From an uncultured Muribaculaceae bacterium (GTDB lineage: Bacteria; Bacillota_I; Bacilli_A; RF39; UBA660), in NCBI GenBank assembly GCA_964447275.1, contig CAYURI010000002.1, positions 17,197 through 81,196 on the forward strand: 64,000 nt of DNA. The letters run 5' to 3'. The first letter of the stretch is position 1, and every line of letters starts with the position of its first letter. The translations under genes and the position numbers were made by a program. This document shows positions 49,885-57,316 of this stretch, one piece after another. Under the pieces are notes generated by a model that did no database searches, was not told the DNA's origin, and was given only the letters and a program-made list of their open reading frames with translations.

Positions 49885-50133
49885 ATGAAAGAAGCGACAG
49901 GAGAATTAAACATGACAGTTATAACCGTAATAGCTATAGCTGCAATTGGCGTAATATTTTATACATTGGTATGGCCACTTATTAAGAACAACATTAGTCA
50001 AAGTACAAAGTGTGCTAATGCAATTTGTGATGAATGTGCTAGTGGAGCTAAAACAACTAGTTGTATTTATTATGAATATGATGATGAAGGAACCCAAACT
50101 GGAACAAATCAAATAAGTTGTCCTTGTAAATAA
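49885..50133 (+). CDS. Small pilin-like protein: short charged leader, Gly, long hydrophobic helix, Cys-rich C-terminus
   Basis: MKEATG|ELNMTVITVIAIAAIGVIFYTLVW..., then a C-terminal domain with seven Cys (CANAICDECASGAKTTSCIYYEY...SCPCK). Strong RBS AAGGAGGAG. Confidence 0.45.
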   Translation: MKEATGELNMTVITVIAIAAIGVIFYTLVWPLIKNNISQSTKCANAICDECASGAKTTSCIYYEYDDEGTQTGTNQISCPCK

Positions 50134-50150
50134 GCTGGTAGGTGATTTAA

Positions 50151-50591
50151 ATGAGAGAGGCAATAGGTGGAACATGGCTATTTAATATAGTCGTTCTATT
50201 TGTAATGTTGTTTACTGGCTACCTATGTCTAGCCATTAATTATTCGCGAGCTTATAATGTAAAAAATGAAATAGTTGATATCATTGAAAGAGAAAATGGT
50301 TATAATGATAAAGCAGTCAAAGATATTGCTTCATATTTAACTGAAATAGGCTATCGAACAACTGGTAAATGTGAAGAAGATATGATAGGAAACAACAGCG
50401 ATAAAGACTTTGGTGTTGGTGAAAATATATATTGTTACAAAGCAATAAAAGTTGGTGGCGAAGAAGACTATGCGGAAAGTGTTTATTATCAAGTAGAAGT
50501 TTTCTTTCAAATTGATTTACCAATATTTAGAGATTGGTTTACTTTTTCCATAAAAGGCGATTCTAATCAATTATTTTATAGTGAAAGTTAA
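50151..50591 (+). CDS. TadE-like pseudopilin, paralog 1
   Basis: MREAIGGTWLFNIVVLFVMLFTGYLCLAINYSRAYNVKNEIVDIIERENG follows the TadE N-terminal pattern (hydrophobic helix, then aIeFgRa...l.na.REGaR-like). Confidence 0.5.
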   Translation: MREAIGGTWLFNIVVLFVMLFTGYLCLAINYSRAYNVKNEIVDIIERENGYNDKAVKDIASYLTEIGYRTTGKCEEDMIGNNSDKDFGVGENIYCYKAIKVGGEEDYAESVYYQVEVFFQIDLPIFRDWFTFSIKGDSNQLFYSES

Positions 50592-50611
50592 TAAAAGTAA
50601 GGTGATGTAAA

Positions 50612-51091
50612 ATGCGACAATCAATTGGTAGTACATGGTTATTTTCATTAATGATTATTTTCATCTTACTTTTTACTGCTTATTTAGCAGTAGCTATTAA
50701 TTACTCAAAAGCTTTTAAAGTCAAAAATGAGTTAATTAATATTATTGAAAGAGAAGAGGGCCTTACTAGTAATATAGACGAAGAAGACCCAGGAGCAGTA
50801 GAGCAAATTGATAAATATTTAGAGAGCGTTGGTTATGTGAATCGTGGTAACTGTCCAAGTGGTTATCAAGGTTATAACAAATATAAAGATGGTAATAAAA
50901 CCAAGTATGGTTATTGCGTTAAAAAATATAATAGCTATAATGAAAAAGAACGTCAAAGATCATATTATAGTGTTGTATTGTTTTTTAATATGGATTTACC
51001 AATCTTCGGTGATTTCTTTACTTTCAGAGTAAAAGGAGAAACTACCGAAATAGTATATCCAGCTGATTGTATAACTTGGCTAGAATGTTAG
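50612..51091 (+). CDS. TadE-like pseudopilin, paralog 2
   Basis: MRQSIGSTWLFSLMIIFILLFTAYLAVAINYSKAFKVKNELINIIEREEG. Also shares the C-terminal FFNMDLPIFGDFFTF motif with paralog 1 (FFQIDLPIFRDWFTF). Confidence 0.5.
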   Translation: MRQSIGSTWLFSLMIIFILLFTAYLAVAINYSKAFKVKNELINIIEREEGLTSNIDEEDPGAVEQIDKYLESVGYVNRGNCPSGYQGYNKYKDGNKTKYGYCVKKYNSYNEKERQRSYYSVVLFFNMDLPIFGDFFTFRVKGETTEIVYPADCITWLEC

Positions 51092-51109
51092 AATAAAAGG
51101 GAGATTTTT

Positions 51110-52102
51110 ATGAATGTAATCGTAGCTAATAAGTATCAAGCGATGCTTGCTAATTTAGATATTGATATTATTAAGACCATGTATGGTGAATTTAGCGTTG
51201 ATGAAATAATTGAAACTTTCACTAATTTTTTCTATAATCGCATGATTTTAGATATAACAGCGATTAAAGGCTATAAAGATATTAATAATATTCAAAGGTT
51301 ATCAGCAGGTTTAGATATGAGCAAAATTATCTTAGTTTTAGATGATAGTGAAGAATCATCTAGTGCTAATTACTTATCTAAACTGATATCAATGGGTATA
51401 TATAACTTTAGTAGGAATGTTGATACCATTAAATATTTAATTCAAAATCCCAATAGTTATAAAGATGTAGCTCAAATTCATCAATTAAATGACTTAACAA
51501 CCACGATTGTAGAAAAAGTAGAAGGTGGACTTCCTGATACCAAAATTATTGGTGTTTCTAACATTACTGATCACGCTGGAGCTACTACTTTAATTTATAT
51601 GCTAAAAAAACAATTACAAGCTAATTACAAAGTTATAGGAATTGAAGTTGATCGTAAAGACTTCTCATTATTTAATGATCCTAATTTAGTTAGTACAACA
51701 TCTCAAGACTTTGCCAAAGAATTAATGAAAGCTAAAGATTTTGACATTATTTTAGTTGATTTAAATGGGACTGATAATGAAGATGCTTGCAGTGATATAT
51801 TATACTTAATTGAACCTAGTACCATCAAATTAAATAAAATGATTAGAAGGAATCGCAGCATCTTTGAGAAACTAAAAGGCAAAAAGATTGTTTTAAATAA
51901 AAGCTTATTAGATAGTAAAGATGTTTTAGATTTTGAATATGAAGCCAAAACTCAAGTATATTATAATATCCCACCATTAGATGATAAAAAAGATCGTCAT
52001 AATGTTTTGGATGTCTTCTTAACAAAACTAGGCTTTATTAAACAAAATAGTGAAGAAAACACAGAAAAGAGCAATAAAATATTGGGTTTATTTAAATTTT
52101 AG
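51110..52102 (+). CDS. TadZ/CpaE-like protein (REC-like N-domain plus ParA/MinD-like domain with a degenerate Walker A)
   Basis: KIIGVSNITDHAGATTLIYMLKKQL occupies the position of the CpaE deviant Walker A (xGxKGGVGxTT) but lacks the Lys. Confidence 0.35.
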   Translation: MNVIVANKYQAMLANLDIDIIKTMYGEFSVDEIIETFTNFFYNRMILDITAIKGYKDINNIQRLSAGLDMSKIILVLDDSEESSSANYLSKLISMGIYNFSRNVDTIKYLIQNPNSYKDVAQIHQLNDLTTTIVEKVEGGLPDTKIIGVSNITDHAGATTLIYMLKKQLQANYKVIGIEVDRKDFSLFNDPNLVSTTSQDFAKELMKAKDFDIILVDLNGTDNEDACSDILYLIEPSTIKLNKMIRRNRSIFEKLKGKKIVLNKSLLDSKDVLDFEYEAKTQVYYNIPPLDDKKDRHNVLDVFLTKLGFIKQNSEENTEKSNKILGLFKF

Positions 52103-52112
52103 TTAACTATGG

Positions 52113-52141
52113 TTGACAAAAGTTTTAATAAAGATTAAAAT
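52113..52141 (+). promoter_or_regulatory. Internal sigma-A-like promoter (TTGACA, 17 nt, TAAAAT) between the Tad module and the downstream module
   Basis: TTGACA at 52113-18 and TAAAAT at 52136-41 lie in the 63-nt gap before the 52166 gene. Confidence 0.4.
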
Positions 52142-52165
52142 TAACTTAGAGAGTGAGGAAAAAAT

Positions 52166-52489
52166 ATGACATTTTGTACAGATGCCGCTTCAATTTTAGG
52201 ATTTATAGGAACAGTATTCTTTGTATTTAAAATTGCTATTCCAGTATTATTAATTGTACTTGGATCAATCGATTTAGGAAAGGCTGTTGTTGCTCAAAGT
52301 GAAGATGAAATTAAGAAGGCAACACAAATATTAGTAAAAAGAGCCGTATTTGGAGTTATCATATTCTTTATACCTACAATAGTTGGTTTAGTATTTGGCT
52401 TAGTAGGATCATTTAAAGCTGAATATCAAGATCAATATAATGTTTGTCGAGAATGCATTGTTCATCCATTTTCTGGAAACTGCGAATAA
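52166..52489 (+). CDS. Small membrane protein: the minimal member of a three-paralog family sharing a helix / charged loop / helix module with a Cys tail
   Basis: ILGFIGTVFFVFKIAIPVLLIVLGSIDLGKAVVAQSEDEIKKATQILVKRAVFGVIIFFIPTIVGLVFGL then CRECIVHPFSGNCE. Confidence 0.5.
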   Translation: MTFCTDAASILGFIGTVFFVFKIAIPVLLIVLGSIDLGKAVVAQSEDEIKKATQILVKRAVFGVIIFFIPTIVGLVFGLVGSFKAEYQDQYNVCRECIVHPFSGNCE

Positions 52490-52567
52490 TAAAAAAAATA
52501 GTCAACATTTTCTTGGTGCTTGACTTTTTTTATGCTATAATTTCCTTAGATAGTGAGTGATTATTTA

Positions 52568-53686
52568 ATGAAAAAGATCATTTTAATAATATTGACAGCT
52601 TTAGTAAGTTTATTTATTTTTAATTATAATGTGGAGGCTTTGAATTCTGATGCTACAGCGACATGCGTGTATAAGATTCCAGGGAGTAATGTTTTTAATT
52701 CTTTTACCTATGAATATGCTAATGTTGACGGTTCTTATAATTGCTCTGTTCCTCCAACTACATCTTCGAATGTATATATATGTGAAGTAGATAGCGGACT
52801 TACAAAAGAAAAGTTTGTTAACAATAAAACTGATGAGCTTCTGTGCCCGATATTATACTATAGCTACGGAATTAAATCGTCTTTAGCTATAGAAGGATCC
52901 CCATCAATAACTACTCATTCATTCGCTATTTCTTTCAAAGATTATAATGAAAATTTGTCATGGTTTCAGAAAATATTTGATGGTAAAACTGTGTATGGAG
53001 CAATGAACTTATCGTTTTCAAGTATCAAACAAGGATCTCAAAAAATAGAAGAAGAAAATGAATCGAAATATCTACAATGTATATGTGGAGACATCTTGCT
53101 AAAGCAAGGATCTTTAACTTTTAACAATCAATACAGCCAATATTCTCAAGAAACTGATTTTACTAGTTTTAATTTAAACAATTTTACAAAATGCCCAGAA
53201 GCGATATATTATAAGTTTAATGATGCGTTTTTATCTGGGAATAGATACATGGATATAAGAGATACTAATTTTGACAAGGCTCAATCAGCGGCCTGTGCAA
53301 CTACTGAAGATGCTGATGCTTGGGATGGGTCATCAGGTAATGATACTGATTATAAACCTCAAGAAGATGTAATAAAATCTTTTTGCGAAGAAACGCACGG
53401 TGTTTGGAAGATGGCTGGCTATTTAATTAATGCCTTAAAAGTAATGATTCCCGTAATTATAATTGTTATGGGGTCAATTGATTTAGGTAAAGCTGTGGTT
53501 GCTAATAGCGAAGATGAAATGAAAAAGGCCACTCAAGTACTAATAAAAAGAGTTATAGCCGGAATAATAATTTTCTTTATCCCAACTATTATGAACTTAA
53601 TATTAAAAATGGCATCTAATTACGTGTCAACAATTAGTAGTAGTTCAAGTTGTGTTGAATGTGTTACAAAGCCTTGGGGATGTTAA
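52568..53686 (+). CDS. Secreted Cys-rich protein carrying the same C-terminal helix-loop-helix membrane module (paralog 2)
   Basis: Signal peptide MKKIILIILTALVSLFIFNYNVEA. Ectodomain of about 270 aa with many Cys. C-terminus MIPVIIIVMGSIDLGKAVVANSEDEMKKATQVLIKRVIAGIIIFFIPTI...CVECVTKPWGC. Confidence 0.5.
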   Translation: MKKIILIILTALVSLFIFNYNVEALNSDATATCVYKIPGSNVFNSFTYEYANVDGSYNCSVPPTTSSNVYICEVDSGLTKEKFVNNKTDELLCPILYYSYGIKSSLAIEGSPSITTHSFAISFKDYNENLSWFQKIFDGKTVYGAMNLSFSSIKQGSQKIEEENESKYLQCICGDILLKQGSLTFNNQYSQYSQETDFTSFNLNNFTKCPEAIYYKFNDAFLSGNRYMDIRDTNFDKAQSAACATTEDADAWDGSSGNDTDYKPQEDVIKSFCEETHGVWKMAGYLINALKVMIPVIIIVMGSIDLGKAVVANSEDEMKKATQVLIKRVIAGIIIFFIPTIMNLILKMASNYVSTISSSSSCVECVTKPWGC

Positions 53687-53746
53687 TAAACTTCTTGGCA
53701 TAAAAATGAATATATGTTAGAATAAAATATGATAGGGAGTGTAAAC

Positions 53747-54460
53747 ATGAAGTGCTTAAAAATTTTATTTATTTTTGCTTTTACTTTATTTACTAGTATT
53801 GTTTTTATAGATAAGGTTAATGCTGCTAGTTCTTGTTATTGCTGTGGAGGAGCTGGCGGTTGTACTTATGTGTGGAAAGAGGCTAGAGATGCTAACGGCA
53901 CAAATTGTGTTAAAGTTTCTAAAAGTAAAACTGCTTGTAATGGGACAAACACTACAAATGGCAGCGGTGCTTGCTGGTATTGTGAAACAGGTTCTACGAG
54001 TGGGTACAGATGGACTTCTGATGGTTCTAAACCAAATGCTAATTGTTATGTGGTAAACGGAAAAACTCAATCAAGTTGTAATGGATCATCAACTGGCGGC
54101 GGTTCGGGCTCAGGATCAACTTCGGATGATGAGACCTACGAAGATTATGAGGATTCTGATGGCCCTGATATTAGTGGTCCATCAACATCATCAGGTTGTT
54201 CAGGAATTATTGGTAATGGCCAATTTCGTATTTATTTAACTGATATTCTTAATGCAATGAGAATAGTTGGCGTTGCAATGGTTATTGTTTTTTCCACAAT
54301 TGATTTTGCACAAGCTTTAATTACTCAAGATAATGATGCAATGAAAAAGGCTTCTGAAAAGTCAATGAAGAGACTAATATTAGCAATGGTTATATTCTTT
54401 ACCCCAATTTTATTAAATATTTTATTATCATTAGTTGGTATAGACGCGAGTTGTATATAA
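53747..54460 (+). CDS. Secreted Cys-rich protein carrying the same C-terminal module (paralog 3)
   Basis: Signal peptide MKCLKILFIFAFTLFTSIVFIDKVNA. SSCYCCGGAGGC...CWYCETG Cys-rich domain, then a Gly/Ser/acidic linker. C-terminus RIVGVAMVIVFSTIDFAQALITQDNDAMKKASEKSMKRLILAMVIFFTPIL...DASCI. Confidence 0.5.
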   Translation: MKCLKILFIFAFTLFTSIVFIDKVNAASSCYCCGGAGGCTYVWKEARDANGTNCVKVSKSKTACNGTNTTNGSGACWYCETGSTSGYRWTSDGSKPNANCYVVNGKTQSSCNGSSTGGGSGSGSTSDDETYEDYEDSDGPDISGPSTSSGCSGIIGNGQFRIYLTDILNAMRIVGVAMVIVFSTIDFAQALITQDNDAMKKASEKSMKRLILAMVIFFTPILLNILLSLVGIDASCI

Positions 54461-54480
54461 AAAGATAAAAAGGAGAAAAT

Positions 54481-56385
54481 ATGGCAGATTTACTATTAAC
54501 ATGTGGAACTGGTATGAGGGTGTTTTATTCAATAATGCTCTCGCTAGATTCAGCTATTTATTGGTGTGTAGATGTTGTATATAGCGTTTTTATTGTTATA
54601 TGTAATACACAATTGTTTTCTGCCACCACTTTCGAAGCATTTTCGAGCAGAATCTATGCTATTTTTGGCGTAGTTATGCTATTTATTGTTACGAGCCAGT
54701 TACTTGTTAATATTGCTGACCCTGACAAAGCAGCGTCCGGAGAAGCGAGCACTGCTAAACTTGTTCAAAATATTATAATTGCTTTAATTTCGATAGTTTT
54801 GCTACCGACAGTTTTTAAATATTTATATGTTATCCAAAAGGCTGTTGTTACTGAAAATATTATTGGTAATATAATTGTTGGTGGATATGAGACATCAACG
54901 AGCAAAGATTTTAAAAGCATGGTAAAGCATAGTGGGAAAGATATGGCTTTTAGAACATTTACAGCTTTTATTAATCCTGCTGGGTATGCGGGTAATAATG
55001 ATAAGGGATGCGAAGCAATACCAGGTTTAACTTATTGTCTTATTTACGATAAAATAAATAATTATGGTTCAAGTGATTATGGTAAAGTGTCTTTGTTCGC
55101 TAGCCAAAACCAAGTTACTAATGAAATTTATAAAGGCAAAGTTGAATATCGATGGGGATTTTCTGCTTTGGCAGGTATTTTAGTTACTTATTTTCTATTG
55201 TCATATTCAATAGATATGGGAGTGCGTGTCGCTAAGCTTGCTTACTATCAATTAATTGCTCCTGTTCCTATAGTTTTAAGAATAATTCCTAAGCAACAAT
55301 CAGTGTTTGATAACTGGGTTAAAGGGTTAACAGGCACATATATTGGCGTCTTTATTAGATTAATGATTGTATATTTTTGTATATTTTTAATAAATGTTAT
55401 ACCGGCTGCTTGGGATGGAATAGTAAAAGCTGGTGGTGGCAGTGATAGAACTATTGTTAATGCGATGGTTGTAATATTACTGATTTTTGGTGTATTTATA
55501 TTTATGAAAGAAGCACCAAAATTAATTACACAAATGTTTGGTATCAGCGAAGGTGATATGTCAATGGGTATTGGCAAAAAACTTGCTGGTGCTGCTGTTA
55601 TTGGTGGCGCAGTTGCTGGCGCTCAAAAGCTTGGTAAAAAATATGCTGGTAAAGCATATGGTGGCCTAACTGGAGCTCTTGGTGGCGGTTGGGATTCAAT
55701 GATGAATGGCGAAGGATTTGGCGCCGGATTTAGAGCTGGTGGCCTTGGTGGTTGGGATGCTGGTGGTAGACAATTTGGCAAACAACGTTTAGAATCATAC
55801 AAATCAAGAACTGGAGATTATAAAGGCAAACCTGGTATATTTGGTGATAAATCATGGGGAACAAAATATAGAAATGCAACAGGAGACGCTAGAGATGATG
55901 CTTATAAAGCTGCTTCAACGGCTAGAATACAGGCAGCTCAAATGCTTGCTGGGGCAAGCTATTCAAGATTTGTAAGTGATTTAGAAACTGAAATTCGTTC
56001 TAATCCCGCATTTATGAATAGTATAGCTGGTTATGCTCCAGATGTTCAAGATGCTTATATTAATCGCGAAATATCAAGCAGATCCAATGCGACATTGCAA
56101 AATCTGGTTAGTGGTAATGATGTTGATAGAGCAACGGCTTTATCCTATGTTAGGGATAATCTTGGAATGTCTGCCGCAGATATTAATGCTTTATCGTCAG
56201 TTGGTAAGACAGTTGCTGCTGAAGCCAAACAACAAGCTAAAGTTCAAGAAGAAAAGGATAATAAAAAAGTTGGAAGAATCTTGCAAAATGTTTCTGGTGG
56301 AGGAACTCCTCCTGCTGCACCTCCCGCTGCGCCTCCTGCTGGTGGCGCTGGTGGTGGAGCAGCTGGCGGTGGGGGACATCCATAA
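54481..56385 (+). CDS. Polytopic membrane protein, VirB6/TrbL/TcpH-like, with a Gly/Ala/Pro-rich C-terminal tail
   Basis: At least six hydrophobic helices across 330 aa (for example YQLIAPVPIVLRIIPKQQSVFDNWVKGLTGTYIGVFIRLMIVYFCIFLINVIP). Hydrophilic Gly-rich C-terminal half ending PPAAPPAAPPAGGAGGGAAGGGGHP. Sits immediately upstream of the VirB3/VirB4-like genes. Confidence 0.45.
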   Translation: MADLLLTCGTGMRVFYSIMLSLDSAIYWCVDVVYSVFIVICNTQLFSATTFEAFSSRIYAIFGVVMLFIVTSQLLVNIADPDKAASGEASTAKLVQNIIIALISIVLLPTVFKYLYVIQKAVVTENIIGNIIVGGYETSTSKDFKSMVKHSGKDMAFRTFTAFINPAGYAGNNDKGCEAIPGLTYCLIYDKINNYGSSDYGKVSLFASQNQVTNEIYKGKVEYRWGFSALAGILVTYFLLSYSIDMGVRVAKLAYYQLIAPVPIVLRIIPKQQSVFDNWVKGLTGTYIGVFIRLMIVYFCIFLINVIPAAWDGIVKAGGGSDRTIVNAMVVILLIFGVFIFMKEAPKLITQMFGISEGDMSMGIGKKLAGAAVIGGAVAGAQKLGKKYAGKAYGGLTGALGGGWDSMMNGEGFGAGFRAGGLGGWDAGGRQFGKQRLESYKSRTGDYKGKPGIFGDKSWGTKYRNATGDARDDAYKAASTARIQAAQMLAGASYSRFVSDLETEIRSNPAFMNSIAGYAPDVQDAYINREISSRSNATLQNLVSGNDVDRATALSYVRDNLGMSAADINALSSVGKTVAAEAKQQAKVQEEKDNKKVGRILQNVSGGGTPPAAPPAAPPAGGAGGGAAGGGGHP

Positions 56386-56418
56386 AATATTTAATAGAAT
56401 AAAAAGGAGGAATAGATT

Positions 56419-56733
56419 GTGTATATAATACCAGCAAACACGAAGAAATCGATGTTGATATTAGGATTTTTTACAGTATTAGACTTGATAATATTTATTA
56501 CTGGTGTTGGGTTAACCTTGATATGCTTAATAGCATTAAAAACATCTGCACTGGGATTCATGATACTAGAGTTAATGCCAGCTTTAATAGCATTATTACT
56601 TGTAACTCCAGTACCTTATTATCATAATATGCTGCAATTGATGCGAAATTTCTTTAATTTCTTTGGTAAGAGAAGAAGATACATATGGAAAGGATGGTGT
56701 TGGCATGACGACGATACAGTCAAACCAATTTAA
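56419..56733 (+). CDS. VirB3/PrgI-like small membrane protein
   Basis: About 100 aa with two hydrophobic helices. GTG start after an AAAGGAGGAAT RBS. Directly precedes the VirB4-like gene. Confidence 0.4.
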   Translation: MYIIPANTKKSMLILGFFTVLDLIIFITGVGLTLICLIALKTSALGFMILELMPALIALLLVTPVPYYHNMLQLMRNFFNFFGKRRRYIWKGWCWHDDDTVKPI

Positions 56734-57316
56734 AGCAGTTCAAAATACAATAACTAATAGTTCTAGTTCAAATACTCAATCAAAGTATTCAGAAGACTGG
56801 GTGCCAGTTAAAAATATTTTGAATGGCATGATTCATTTAGAAAATGGCGAATTTGTAACGGGTGTAAAAGTAACGCCTAAGAATATATTCATTCTTGATC
56901 AAGATAGTCAGAATAACATTATCTTTAATCTAAGAACATTTTATAATGTTATTGATTATGAGTTTTGGCTTATTATAGCGGACAGACCAGTTGATATAAA
57001 TATTTTCTTATCACAGTTACAAGTTTTATATAACGATACACCAAATCCATTAGTAAGAAAATTAATTATGCAGGATATTAATAAAGCTAATTCATTTATG
57101 AGTACGCAATTAAATGTTGTTGATACTGAGTATTTCATTTTGTTTAAAGAAAAGAAAATGGAACTTATTCAAAAACGTATTCATAGTTTAATAAGCGGAC
57201 TAGCTAATTGTCAAATGAATTCAACTCAAGTAACAAATGAGGATTTAAGGATGCTAATTGATAACTTCTTTAATGGTGGTTTAAGAACCGAGTTTAGGAC
57301 GGTGACGACAGAATGA
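56705..57316 (+). CDS. VirB4/TraE-family N-terminal domain, encoded as a separate ORF (start uncertain)
   Basis: DWVPVKNILNGMIHLENGEFVTGVKVTPKNIFILDQDSQNNIIFNLRTFYNVIDYEFWLIIADRPVDINIFL matches the N-terminal domain pattern of Gram-positive VirB4 homologues (Tn916 Orf16/TcpF-type). Its stop overlaps the next ATG (ATGA). Confidence 0.5.
   Translation: MTTIQSNQFKAVQNTITNSSSSNTQSKYSEDWVPVKNILNGMIHLENGEFVTGVKVTPKNIFILDQDSQNNIIFNLRTFYNVIDYEFWLIIADRPVDINIFLSQLQVLYNDTPNPLVRKLIMQDINKANSFMSTQLNVVDTEYFILFKEKKMELIQKRIHSLISGLANCQMNSTQVTNEDLRMLIDNFFNGGLRTEFRTVTTE

Noticed and set aside
52521-52541. TTGACT at 52521-26 as a -35 for the TGCTATAAT -10 at 52533
   Set aside because: The spacer would be only about 10 nt. 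The TTGACT is more likely the 3' arm of the AGTCAA...TTGACT hairpin terminating the 52166 gene.
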